A DNA stretch of 32,000 nucleotides from Ignicoccus pacificus DSM 13166 (GTDB lineage Archaea > Thermoproteota > Thermoprotei_A > Sulfolobales > Ignicoccaceae), in assembly GCA_025340205.1 (NCBI GenBank), contig CP006868.1, positions 1 to 32,000 on the forward strand. Reading direction: 5' to 3'. This document shows, piece by piece, positions 7,697 through 16,674 of this stretch. Every line of letters begins with the position of its first letter. Positions within the stretch are counted from its first letter, which is position 1. The translations under genes and the position numbers were made by a program. The notes under the pieces were generated by a model, which ran no database searches, was not told the origin of the DNA, and saw only the letters and a program-made list of their open reading frames with translations.

Positions 7697-8737
7697 CCTC
7701 AGTATCTCCTCTAGCATTCCTTTATCTCTGGCCTTGCGTATCTCCCTCGCAATTCTCCTACCCACACTCATGGGTTCATCCCAGTAGAGGTAACTATAAG
7801 GACTTCCATCTATGTACACGTTAGTTCCAGCTACTATTCTTCCAGAGAACTCAAAGACTACAATTTCTCCATTCTCAGTTATTATTGATTCCAAGCAGAA
7901 CGGACCCACGATCTCTTCTCCTACTACTTCTTTGGTTACCTCTACAAATGACTTGGCATAATTGTAAACAGTTATCAGTAAACTTTCCCTTAGCACCATA
8001 GGTATGTTACCGACTACAGTGAATGTAGGAGAGACCTTGCTAGCGTACTTAGGCGGAAGCCTTCTGAGACCGTCGACGTTACTTTCATATCTGATGTCCA
8101 TTCCGGTTATCTCTATTCTATTGTAGACCTTCGAGTTGAAAACGTGGTAGTAAGCCGGTACACCGATGACGTATTCTTGGATTATATAATTAGAAGGGTT
8201 ACCAAGTTTTTCCAGACCCTCCTTGACCTCTTCGGGGGTTGAAGCCAAGAAGTATCCTCTTCCTCCTTTGGCACCGCCGAGCTTGACTATTACGAGTCTG
8301 TCCACTTCCTCGGGAGATTTGAACTCCTTCGGGACCCTTATCCCGGCCCTTCTTAGCAGTTCCATCTTCTTCTCTTGGGTGGCTTCCCATTCAAGGATTT
8401 TCCTACTTCCGAAGATAGGTACCTCATATTTCTGTAGATTTTTTGATCCTACGTACTCTACAAAGCTGCCGTGTGGTATTATGATGCTATTTAATGCTAT
8501 CAAATTATCTTTTACATCTTTTTCCAGTATTTCGCTCCAATTCTCTATAATAATGAATTCGTCAATAAAATGTGAAAAGGTACGATAAAAATCCAAACGG
8601 TCCTTTTTGACGATCAAAACCGTTCTCAAGCCCTCCTTTTTTGCTCCATGAAGGATCTGAAGGGCGCTGTGACTTCCCGCCGTAGCTACGCTTAGCTTTG
8701 AAAGATCGTATTCGTTAAGAATTTTTTGTACTTCCAT
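7694..8737 (-). CDS. purP: 5-formaminoimidazole-4-carboxamide ribonucleotide synthetase (ATP-grasp) PurP
   Basis: [122 protein letters not shown]. The ORF opens at 8824, but the internal ATG at 8737 fits the family start better. Confidence 0.92.
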   Translation of the reverse strand: MEVQKILNEYDLSKLSVATAGSHSALQILHGAKKEGLRTVLIVKKDRLDFYRTFSHFIDEFIIIENWSEILEKDVKDNLIALNSIIIPHGSFVEYVGSKNLQKYEVPIFGSRKILEWEATQEKKMELLRRAGIRVPKEFKSPEEVDRLVIVKLGGAKGGRGYFLASTPEEVKEGLEKLGNPSNYIIQEYVIGVPAYYHVFNSKVYNRIEITGMDIRYESNVDGLRRLPPKYASKVSPTFTVVGNIPMVLRESLLITVYNYAKSFVEVTKEVVGEEIVGPFCLESIITENGEIVVFEFSGRIVAGTNVYIDGSPYSYLYWDEPMSVGRRIAREIRKARDKGMLEEILR

Positions 8738-8809
8738 GGGAACGGACCCCTTTGACAATAAGGGCTCTGGGTATAAACTCGGCGAAGCGGGTGGTATCTG
8801 GGACGTCGA

Positions 8810-9739
8810 ATGAGTTTCACACAAGCAAGTCTCAATGCTGCAATCGAGAAAGGTATAGCATGGTTAAAGAGAAAGCAATTCAGCTGTGGCGGATGGGGCG
8901 GTTGTGACAGCTCCCAGACGGGTCTATCGGGATTGGTAATCTTAGCGCTGATAGACGCCCACGTTCCCCCATACGATATGAGCATAGTTCAAGGAGTTAG
9001 GTTCATCTTGAGCAAACAAAGAGAAGACGGGTTCCTTCAGTGGAGTGGTCCAGGTCCTGGCTCCTACTATGGAACGGCTAGGGCTCTACTGGGAGTTCTA
9101 GTAGGCACTCTCAAAGAAGATTATGATAGGATAAGAATAAACGTAGAGAAGGCAATTAGAGCACTCGCTGATGGAGAATTACCTTGTGGTGGATGGGAAG
9201 CCAACCCTGGAGGAGGACTAAGTCATTGGGGCTCTGCTGAGGTACTCTTCGCCGTGTGGTATGCTGGTAAGATGTACATGGAGGAGATTTGGAGGAGTCC
9301 GATGAATTACTATAGTAAATTCAAGAGATGGTTCATGAAGACTCAGAGCGCGCTAGGTTCATGGGACGGAAATTGTCTTGACTGTACTGCCAGGGTCGCC
9401 ACCTTCTTGAGCTTCTACGGATACAGAGGTCCTGAAGTCAAGATGGCGTTACAATTCATATTAAATCATCAAGGAGGAGATGGAAGGATAGGTGATAGTC
9501 CTTGGGCCACAGCTTGGTCACTCTTGGCAATGGTTGCCAGTAAAAGCACCGATGGCGCAATACAAGAGAGCGCTAGAGCAGCTGTATCCGCGTTAATCGA
9601 CAGTCAACTAGACGATGGGGGATGGCCCATATTCTACGATAGTGATACGTCCTTCGAAAGCGTTACGGCAGCGAGCGTCTGGGCGTTAGCTACATACAAG
9701 AACTCCTTGAGCGGCGTAGTGTCGGTACTGGGTGTCTAG
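8810..9739 (+). CDS. Prenyltransferase/squalene-cyclase-like alpha/alpha toroid (terpenoid cyclase fold) protein
   Basis: Repeated QF..GGWGG, KQREDGFLQW, CGGWEA, ALGSWDG, HQGGDGRIGDSPWATAWSLLAM, SQLDDGGWPI and SFESVTAASVWAL motifs. Confidence 0.75.
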   Translation: MSFTQASLNAAIEKGIAWLKRKQFSCGGWGGCDSSQTGLSGLVILALIDAHVPPYDMSIVQGVRFILSKQREDGFLQWSGPGPGSYYGTARALLGVLVGTLKEDYDRIRINVEKAIRALADGELPCGGWEANPGGGLSHWGSAEVLFAVWYAGKMYMEEIWRSPMNYYSKFKRWFMKTQSALGSWDGNCLDCTARVATFLSFYGYRGPEVKMALQFILNHQGGDGRIGDSPWATAWSLLAMVASKSTDGAIQESARAAVSALIDSQLDDGGWPIFYDSDTSFESVTAASVWALATYKNSLSGVVSVLGV

Positions 9740-10868
9740 CGTCTTGACAGAGGTCTCAGTAATTGTGCCTACATACAAAGAGAGGGAGAACATAGTTGAG
9801 TTAGCAAAGAGATTAGACGAGGCTATGAGGGAGCATGGGATAGACTACGAGCTCGTAGTGGTGGACGATAACTCACCTGACGGGACTGCGGAAGCAGCCA
9901 TGTCGATGAGAGACAAGGTAAGCGGTAAGATAAAGGTAATAGTTCGAAAGAATGAGCGAGGCTTAGCCAGCGCAGTATTGAGAGGATTTAAGGAAGCTGA
10001 AGGAAGATATCTCATCGTGATGGATGCCGATCTCCAACATCCTCCTGAGGTTGTCCCCAAGGTAGTTGAGAAGTTGAGGGAAGGATGCGATATAGTTGTA
10101 GCGTCCAGATACACGAAGGAGGGTGGAGTACAAGATTGGAGTCTAATACGTAGGATAATAAGTAAAGGAGCGACGTGGCTGGCATGGATATTCCTTCCTC
10201 GAATAAGAGGAGTGACCGATCCCATGAGTGGGTTCTTCGGACTCCGAAGGGAGATAATTGAAGAGAATATGAGAAAGGGTAACCTCAATCCAAAAGGTTT
10301 CAAAATACTTCTCGAGATTTTAGCTAAAGCCAAGTACGAGAAGATATGCGAAGTGCCCTATGTGTTTCAAAAGAGGTTCAAGGGAGAGTCTAAGTTAGAT
10401 CAAAAGGTCATGATGGAGTACTTGATACACTTGATAAAGCTGGCGAAGGAGACCGGAGAGCTGAGGCGAATGATAACTTTTGCCACCATAGGAGCGGGTG
10501 GCGTGGTAGTAAATGAAGGCACTCTGTATCTATTCTACGAGTTACTTGGCTTAAAGGGACTAAGGGAACTGGGATTGGTCCTTTCGGCAGTCGCCGGGTT
10601 CGAGGCTAGCGTAATCTTCAATTTCATACTCCATGAGACTATAACGTTCCGTGAATTCGTGAAGAGGAAAGATTTAATGAGTAGGCTTAAGAGATTGTTC
10701 CACTATCACAACGCCAGCGTGGCAGGATTAGTGGTACAAGTAGGTACACTGGTTATTCTAACGAACCTAGGGGTCTACTATCTACTAGCTAACTTGATAG
10801 GAATATTCCTCGGGTTGGGCGTCCGATACTCACTGAGCGTACTCAAAGCTTGGGGTACTCACTCCTAG
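9732..10868 (+). CDS. Dolichyl-phosphate mannosyltransferase-like GT2 glycosyltransferase fused to GtrA-like membrane domain
   Basis: VSVIVPTYKERENIVELAKRLDEAM, VVVDDNSPDGTAEAA, NERGLASAVLRGFKEAEGRYLIVMDADLQHPPEVVPKV, followed by a four-TM GtrA-like C-terminus (ITFATIGAGGVVVNEGTLYLFYELLG...). Confidence 0.92.
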   Translation: MSSVLTEVSVIVPTYKERENIVELAKRLDEAMREHGIDYELVVVDDNSPDGTAEAAMSMRDKVSGKIKVIVRKNERGLASAVLRGFKEAEGRYLIVMDADLQHPPEVVPKVVEKLREGCDIVVASRYTKEGGVQDWSLIRRIISKGATWLAWIFLPRIRGVTDPMSGFFGLRREIIEENMRKGNLNPKGFKILLEILAKAKYEKICEVPYVFQKRFKGESKLDQKVMMEYLIHLIKLAKETGELRRMITFATIGAGGVVVNEGTLYLFYELLGLKGLRELGLVLSAVAGFEASVIFNFILHETITFREFVKRKDLMSRLKRLFHYHNASVAGLVVQVGTLVILTNLGVYYLLANLIGIFLGLGVRYSLSVLKAWGTHS

Positions 10869-11701
10869 AAGAGACAACGCATACCTTTTTCGAGATATAT
10901 GAAGAGTTTCTTATCTAATATAACGTCTTGTAAGGTCATCAGTGCCGTAACCAAGACTAGAGTTAAGATCGGACTCAAGAGAATGTGTGAGGTCAATAAG
11001 TCCCACTTGAAAGCCTTGGCGGCCCAGAGGATCACTGCGATCCTCAAGGCGTTGGTGGGAAATACGAGAACAGAAGCTATGAGAGATGCAAGCACTCTTT
11101 TCCTCCACTCGGTAGGAACTGCTAAGGCCATCGCCACCAGCATCGGTATTTCTCTAAGCGAAGAGCAACCTACAAGGTAACCGACCGCTCCGACGCCCTT
11201 CATCACTATCCCTACCCCTCCCCTCCATGTTACCATCTTGGCATTTAGACCTAGAAGATTAAAGAAGAAGTTATTAAACAGTATGTCCGGTACGAATAAG
11301 ATGTGAAGTATTGACCACGGTAAGAGTTCTAAGAGCCTTGGCAGGAAGTAGCCGGAGAACGCTGCGAAGAGTACCCATAAAGCTCTTCTACAATTCTCAT
11401 TTGTAAGAACAAGTATCGGGATCCAAGTTACCTCTATCGCTATGATCTCAAGAGGAGAAAGTTCGCCAGCCATGGTATGAATGGTTAGTGCATGGGCTGT
11501 TAAGACTATCAGTATCGATGAGAATAGGTACTTGAGGATCTTCCGCTTCTCCACTACCGCGTTCCCCAGATGAAGGAAAGGGAATGCTATTATGTGGGGA
11601 TCTGAAGGATATAAAGTGATGAAGGGTAATACTACCCGTTCTACCCTTCTTAAGCTTTCCGGGATACTATCTGGGTATCGGGGAGCTAGGTATGAGCGCA
11701 A
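10865..11701 (-). CDS. Exosortase/archaeosortase family membrane protein
   Basis: Polytopic protein with GCSSLRE (candidate catalytic Cys, codon at 11165-11167), the VFPTNALRIAVILW motif (PxNxxR) and a downstream SH, the Cys/Arg/His arrangement of the family. True start uncertain; the ORF begins with TTG. Confidence 0.75.
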   Translation of the reverse strand: MRSYLAPRYPDSIPESLRRVERVVLPFITLYPSDPHIIAFPFLHLGNAVVEKRKILKYLFSSILIVLTAHALTIHTMAGELSPLEIIAIEVTWIPILVLTNENCRRALWVLFAAFSGYFLPRLLELLPWSILHILFVPDILFNNFFFNLLGLNAKMVTWRGGVGIVMKGVGAVGYLVGCSSLREIPMLVAMALAVPTEWRKRVLASLIASVLVFPTNALRIAVILWAAKAFKWDLLTSHILLSPILTLVLVTALMTLQDVILDKKLFIYLEKGMRCLF

Positions 11702-12330
11702 TAATAAACTTCAACAAGCTCTGGGAGGAGGGAGCTAAGACCGGTAAGAAGTTCCTAATATTCGGCTCCGAGCAGAAGGAGGAGCCTCTGAAGAAGAAGG
11801 TGTACAAGGCCAAGTATCAGCTAAGAAAGCAAATAGACAAGATAGGATTCATGATAAACAAGCTAAAGGAGAGAGACGAGCACTTGTTCAACAAACTAGT
11901 AGACGCTCTAATAAACCATGATCAACTCAGATCCAAGATGCTAGCTGCTGAGATAGCCGAGATAAGGAAGCTAGCCAAGACTCTAATGATAACGCAAGTG
12001 GCTCTAGAGAGGGTTGAGTACAGACTTGATCTATTCTTGACGATTGGAGAGACTGCTAGCACGCTAGCTCCGGTGGTACCAGTAATCAATATGTTAAGGA
12101 CCCAGCTAATGAAGGAGATACCAGAGATAGGCATCGAGTTAAGTAACATACACGAAGAGCTTGAGGATGTGATAAACAGCATGAACTTCTACGGAGCGGT
12201 CGACGGAGACGTGGTGCTGAGCAGTGAGGCGAGGAAGATAATGGAGGAGGCGAAGGCTATAGCAGAGCAGCAGATGAAGGAAGAGTTCCCCAATGTAAAC
12301 GTCGGAATACAGAATACCAAGGTGGCTTAA
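11692..12330 (+). CDS. Cell division protein CdvB-family (ESCRT-III/Snf7-like) paralog
   Basis: VYKAKYQLRKQIDKIGFMINKLKERDEHLFNKLVDALINHDQLRSKMLAAEIAEIRKLAKTLMITQVALERVEYRLD matches the archaeal ESCRT-III core. At 212 aa it resembles the shorter CdvB1/B2-type paralogs. Confidence 0.88.
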   Translation: MSAIINFNKLWEEGAKTGKKFLIFGSEQKEEPLKKKVYKAKYQLRKQIDKIGFMINKLKERDEHLFNKLVDALINHDQLRSKMLAAEIAEIRKLAKTLMITQVALERVEYRLDLFLTIGETASTLAPVVPVINMLRTQLMKEIPEIGIELSNIHEELEDVINSMNFYGAVDGDVVLSSEARKIMEEAKAIAEQQMKEEFPNVNVGIQNTKVA

Positions 12331-13043
12331 AGAACTCCGTACTCGGGCGCCTCCTTCCAGTTACCCCCGTGTTTTAGGGCAACCGTACTGGAGGCTACCG
12401 CTTTGGTATCTCCCTCCTCATAGAGATATATTTTGTAATAGCTTAACTCCGGGTCCTCACACTTGCACTCCCATGCATAGCCTGCGTTTCCTTGAGAATC
12501 CAAGAAGAAGACGGCGGCACCCGAACCCTCCGGTACGTTTTCTTCTAGCCAGCCCTTCAAGCTCATGGCAGTAGTGAGGGGCTCCTCAGAATACGACTCG
12601 AGCACTGCCCATGCCACAGCGGCGGTATCTGCTAGCACACCCTTCTTCATCATTTTCTTGAGAGGATCCGGCGCGTCCAGATTTTCGGGGGAAATGGTTC
12701 CATTATATCCTATCCAGACTACGTTAGCCATGTTTACCGGTTGAATGTTTTGAGTGTATTTTTCCGTGCCTTTTATGCTAGTCTTCCTTACGTGGACTAG
12801 TGATATCATTCCCATGTTATTCTTGTAGAATCCAAGACCCTTTTCATCCTTCCATATAGGTAGAGGCGAACGGTACTCTACTATGCTATCGTCCGCTATT
12901 GAGACGAAACCCCAACCATCGGGATGATTTGGCTCCCTCTTGTTTCCCCACCTCTTAGCTCCTAGGGGATCATCAACTGCAGCAGCGATCAATGCGTTGA
13001 ACAAAGACTCTTTAGGTGATCTCATCAAGAGCATTCTACACAT
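12327..13043 (-). CDS. Class II glutamine amidotransferase (Ntn hydrolase) domain protein
   Basis: N-terminal MCRMLLM with Cys2, EPNHPDGWGF, LVHVRKTS and WIGYNGTI motifs of stand-alone class II GATases. Confidence 0.85.
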   Translation of the reverse strand: MCRMLLMRSPKESLFNALIAAAVDDPLGAKRWGNKREPNHPDGWGFVSIADDSIVEYRSPLPIWKDEKGLGFYKNNMGMISLVHVRKTSIKGTEKYTQNIQPVNMANVVWIGYNGTISPENLDAPDPLKKMMKKGVLADTAAVAWAVLESYSEEPLTTAMSLKGWLEENVPEGSGAAVFFLDSQGNAGYAWECKCEDPELSYYKIYLYEEGDTKAVASSTVALKHGGNWKEAPEYGVL

Positions 13044-13050
13044 ATTCTCT

Positions 13051-13224
13051 TCACCCTAGCCCACCGAAGGCTGAGACGAGGGCTTGAAGCTTTCTGAGGT
13101 CGTGTTGTAAGTACATGGTTGCCACTATACTTAGAACGGTCTGTAAGAGGTACGCTAGGATGAGTAAGAGGCCACCTAGCGTTATATCCACTCCAAGAAT
13201 AGAGATTAGTACTCCCTTCTTCAT
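13051..13224 (-). CDS. Small membrane protein (about 57 aa)
   Basis: MKKGVLISILGVDITLGGLLLILAYLLQTVLSIVATMYLQ... with one or two TM segments. The longer ORF to 13329 would overlap the divergent GGPP synthase start, so the ATG at 13224 is preferred. Confidence 0.45.
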   Translation of the reverse strand: MKKGVLISILGVDITLGGLLLILAYLLQTVLSIVATMYLQHDLRKLQALVSAFGGLG

Positions 13225-13322
13225 CTCAACTCCCCTTAGTTGGAGGGAGGGGTAGCTAAAGACATCTACTCCCAAGTTCACTTGAAAAGGGCCCAAAACA
13301 CAAGTCATTCCGGAGTGATAAG

Positions 13323-14312
13323 ATGGCAAACAAGCTAAAGGAGTTCATAGCTGAGGTAAAGCCGAAGGTTGACGCCTTCATTGCAGAGATTCTGAAAGGG
13401 GAGCCTAAGAAGCTCTACGATGCTGCCTACCACCTACCGTCTGTCGGAGGTAAGAGACTGAGACCAGCTCTAGTGATAATGGTTGCGAGGACGTTGGGTG
13501 CCACATTCGAGGAGGCTCTAGCCCCCGCAGCCTCAGTAGAACTTCTTCATAACTTTACCTTGGTTCATGATGATATAATGGACAAAGATGAAAAGAGGAG
13601 AGGCGTTCCCACGGTACATGTACTCTACGGTGAACCAATGGCCATACTCGCCGGTGACGTCCTCTACGCCAAGGCCTACGAAGCCTTGCTCAAAGCCCCT
13701 CAGAGACCGGACATAGTGGTTGAGATGACTAGGATGTTGACGTGGGCAGCGGTTACCGTGGCTGAAGGACAAGCCTTGGATATGATGTTTGAAGATAGGT
13801 GGGATGTAAGTGAGGAGGAATATATTGAGATGGTCAAGAAGAAGACAGGAGCTCTCTTTGGAGCTTCAGCTGCCTTAGGTGCCCTAAGCGCCTCTAAGCC
13901 TGAACTAAAGGACTTGTTAAAGGAGTTCGGGATATTGCTCGGAATAGCCTTCCAGATAAAGGATGATATACTCTCCTTAGTTGGAGATGAGAAAGTAACC
14001 GGAAAGAAGAAGTACAATGATTTGAAGGAAGGAAAGAAGACGTTATTAGTAATAAAAGCTTTAGAAAGGCTGAGTGAGGAAGAAAAGAAGAAGTTAATGA
14101 GTATATTGGGTAATCAAAACGCCACTGATGAGGAGTTAGCAGAGACAGCCAACTTGATAATAAAGAGTGGAGCACTCGACTATGCCCTCAAGAAAGCCGA
14201 TGAGATAGGCAAGAGGGCCCTGGAGATACTAAACTCCTTACCTACTAAGAACCCAGAATACCTAGAGTTACTTAAGGAGTTAGTGGACTTCGCAGTGAAG
14301 AGGGAGTATTAA
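13323..14312 (+). CDS. Geranylgeranyl/polyprenyl diphosphate synthase
   Basis: GGKRLRPALVIMVA, ELLHNFTLVHDDIMDKDEKRRGVPTVH, GDVLYAKAYE and IAFQIKDDILSLVGDEKVTGK, including both Asp-rich motifs. Confidence 0.95.
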   Translation: MANKLKEFIAEVKPKVDAFIAEILKGEPKKLYDAAYHLPSVGGKRLRPALVIMVARTLGATFEEALAPAASVELLHNFTLVHDDIMDKDEKRRGVPTVHVLYGEPMAILAGDVLYAKAYEALLKAPQRPDIVVEMTRMLTWAAVTVAEGQALDMMFEDRWDVSEEEYIEMVKKKTGALFGASAALGALSASKPELKDLLKEFGILLGIAFQIKDDILSLVGDEKVTGKKKYNDLKEGKKTLLVIKALERLSEEEKKKLMSILGNQNATDEELAETANLIIKSGALDYALKKADEIGKRALEILNSLPTKNPEYLELLKELVDFAVKREY

Positions 14313-14779
14313 TGAGTGTCTATAACTTTCCTCGATTATTCGTCGAGGGGTTTGAAGGAGAGGAATATGCTGAGCTTGAGGATGAGAAGGTAATATTTAA
14401 GAGAGATAAAGGTAGGTTTGGAAAGGTACCCTATGAAATTCCTCTTGAGGAATTGGTGGATTTAATTGAGGAGAAGACGAAGAGAGCCTTCTTAATACAT
14501 ATCCCTAATGAAAATAAGGTAATAATAGTACCAAAGGATACACCAGTTAAGATACTTAGAGCATCACACTTGAAGGTAGGGACCGTGGTAAAGGAGGGAG
14601 ATAAAATAGAAGTTGGTGATAGCTATGCTTTTGGATTGACGTCCAAAGGAGAGGTTAGAAGACTCAGAAGTCTACACTCTGGCGTAGTAGTGATGGTTCA
14701 TTGGGAGCCACAAGGAGGAAGGGATATATATCATATAATCGTGGCTCCTGAAGACAAGATCAAGGTTCTTCAGCTTTAG
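14312..14779 (+). CDS. DUF2118-like uncharacterised archaeal protein
   Basis: 155-aa ORF coupled to GGPP synthase by TAATG. The C-terminal barrel-sandwich-like stretch (VKEGDKIEVGDSYAFGLTSKGEVRRLRSLHSGVVVMVHWEPQG) resembles DUF2118. Confidence 0.6.
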   Translation: MSVYNFPRLFVEGFEGEEYAELEDEKVIFKRDKGRFGKVPYEIPLEELVDLIEEKTKRAFLIHIPNENKVIIVPKDTPVKILRASHLKVGTVVKEGDKIEVGDSYAFGLTSKGEVRRLRSLHSGVVVMVHWEPQGGRDIYHIIVAPEDKIKVLQL

Positions 14780-15704
14780 ACACTTGTATATTCCGAATGT
14801 TTACGTTCAACAGACCCCCGAGAACGGTCGTTGTTATTGACATGGTAGATACCGTAAGTAAGTTGAGTATTCTCCATGTAGCTAGACTTGACGCTAAGGC
14901 AGGTAGGCTAAGGGTCGCTATAGCTTCAGGGAGTCCTATTCCGCCAGGCGTTATGGGGAACGCTGTTATTGGTAAGCTACAAACGAAAATCAAGGTCCCT
15001 AGTACACCTCGATGTACGAGGTAGCTGGAGATCACGCCGAAGGAAAACGAGTAGAGAGCCACGCCGATTGTTGAGATGAGGACCGCTATTCCAAAGGCAT
15101 TAATTCCAGCAGTGCTTAGCGCTTCTACTATGGATTTACACATCTTATACACTCTATGTCCGAACCTTTGTGGACACTTCCTCGTGAAAGTTACTGCTAT
15201 TCCGAAAGAGCTTATCCCCAGTGCGATGAGTGTTGGGAATACGAGCGGATCGATGGTTACGTTTGGGGGACGAAGTAAGAGTAACAATGTGAAGGCGGTG
15301 ACAGCATTTATGCCTAAGCCCACGCTCTCAGAGGTTAATTCGAGTATGTTTATCGCTATTGCCTTTGAAAGATCGTACTTCTTGGCAATGTATCCTATCC
15401 TTAGTAACTCGCCTCCATAGAAGCCTGGCGTCATTATAGCTAGAAGTCTGCTCGCTTCCCAGATGATAAATGATTCTTTAAAGGAAAGCGGTGCTTTGAC
15501 GTATTCCGATAGAATTTTCAGCCTTATACTTCTAACGAAGTCGGCAAGGAACATGAAGATTACTGAGGCAGCTATCACGTAAGGAGGCAATTTGAAGAGT
15601 ACAGTTATGTTAACGTTAGTTACTTTAATGTAAACCCACAATATTAAGGCTGTCAGTATCATACCGAGAAGCAGCTTTTTCCACACGGGTCCTCGAACGC
15701 TCAC
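14760..15704 (-). CDS. Flippase-like / lysylphosphatidylglycerol synthase TM region (UPF0104) membrane protein
   Basis: Polytopic 314-aa protein with FLADFVRSIRLKIL...TPGFYGGELLRIGYIAKKYDLSKAIAINILELTSESVGL and TPGGIGLPEAIA, characteristic of the family. Confidence 0.88.
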   Translation of the reverse strand: MSVRGPVWKKLLLGMILTALILWVYIKVTNVNITVLFKLPPYVIAASVIFMFLADFVRSIRLKILSEYVKAPLSFKESFIIWEASRLLAIMTPGFYGGELLRIGYIAKKYDLSKAIAINILELTSESVGLGINAVTAFTLLLLLRPPNVTIDPLVFPTLIALGISSFGIAVTFTRKCPQRFGHRVYKMCKSIVEALSTAGINAFGIAVLISTIGVALYSFSFGVISSYLVHRGVLGTLIFVCSLPITAFPITPGGIGLPEAIATLSLPALASSLATWRILNLLTVSTMSITTTVLGGLLNVNIRNIQVSKAEEP

Positions 15705-15778
15705 TCAGTGCAGAGGCTTTTTCATGCTAGCGTTTTCTCAATAAGCTCCACTGCTTTAGGACGCTCGGGAGAGATGCA

Positions 15779-16117
15779 ATGAGATGTAAGGGAAAGATCG
15801 TAGAGATAGTAAAGAGTACTATACCCTATACTAACATAATGAGAATAGAGTGTGAAGACGGTAAGAAAGTGGAGATGTTGATACACGACGAGTTACTAAA
15901 CTTCAGGACAGGAGAGGACGTCGAGGTAATCATCGATAGTGAACTCCCGGAGTATAAGGACGGAATAGATTTGTGCGGCAAAGGAATGTTCTATAAAGCA
16001 GACGACAAAAGGAGGTTCTTCTCAATAGGAGGGTTCCTAGTGGTTGTATGGAATGATGAAAACAAGTATGAAATAGGTAAGAAGTATTATATCTGTGTTC
16101 TCCATAAGGAAGGTTGA
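15779..16117 (+). CDS. rpo8: Probable DNA-directed RNA polymerase subunit Rpo8 (Rpb8-like, RpoG)
   Basis: 112-aa protein with the Rpb8-type OB-like layout: GKIVEIVKSTIPYTNIMRIECEDGKKVEMLIHDELLNFRTGEDVEVII...YKDGIDLCGKGMFYKADDKRRFFSIGGFLVVVWNDENKYEIGKKYYICV. Confidence 0.6.
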   Translation: MRCKGKIVEIVKSTIPYTNIMRIECEDGKKVEMLIHDELLNFRTGEDVEVIIDSELPEYKDGIDLCGKGMFYKADDKRRFFSIGGFLVVVWNDENKYEIGKKYYICVLHKEG

Positions 16118-16674
16118 TCGAGTTGAACGTTTCTATAAAGCACGTCCAATGTGGGGCTAAAGTTATGGTAGTTAAGGACTTTGACCTCGAACTACCTACA
16201 ACTATGGAGAGATTCGGAGAGATATGTAAGTATTTCAAATGCGATGAAAGTAACGATCCTTGTGACGCGTTGATTAGAGTGATGAGCGGGACGAACGTGA
16301 TTATTACGAGAAACGAGGAAGTAAAAAAGGTCATATCTCTAATAAAGAGTATGATTGCTATCGGGAGAGCCTTCCAGCTAGTAGATGATTATTGCAGACG
16401 GACTCAATACGGCCTTGTAAGGTTAAAGGAACTAGAGCTACATTGCCCGGATTACAGCTATCCGAGAGCGCTCTTCATCATTGATGAACTATCACCTTCG
16501 ATGAAGTTCTTAGAAGAGGCACTGAAGAGAGCATCTATGCTCAATGAAGAAGAAAAGGTAGTTGTGTCATGCGATATAGAGGTCCCTAAGAGCCTCCGAT
16601 ACGCTTACCCGTTTTCACAAATGGAATGTCCCGATCAAACTAAAGAAAGGATTAAGAGGAACGTTTACATGTAG
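16114..16674 (+). CDS. Uncharacterised protein coupled to the Rpo8-like gene
   Basis: 186-aa ORF starting at TTG 16114 (or TTG 16123), overlapping the upstream stop codon. No family recognised. Confidence 0.55.
   Translation: MIELNVSIKHVQCGAKVMVVKDFDLELPTTMERFGEICKYFKCDESNDPCDALIRVMSGTNVIITRNEEVKKVISLIKSMIAIGRAFQLVDDYCRRTQYGLVRLKELELHCPDYSYPRALFIIDELSPSMKFLEEALKRASMLNEEEKVVVSCDIEVPKSLRYAYPFSQMECPDQTKERIKRNVYM

Noticed and set aside
15722-15780. Short minus-strand coding-like tail (…SPERPKAVELIEKTLA*)
   Set aside because: Looks like a gene remnant, but it is too short, has no recognisable start, and its upstream part runs antisense to the Rpo8-like gene. Not enough to call a pseudogene.
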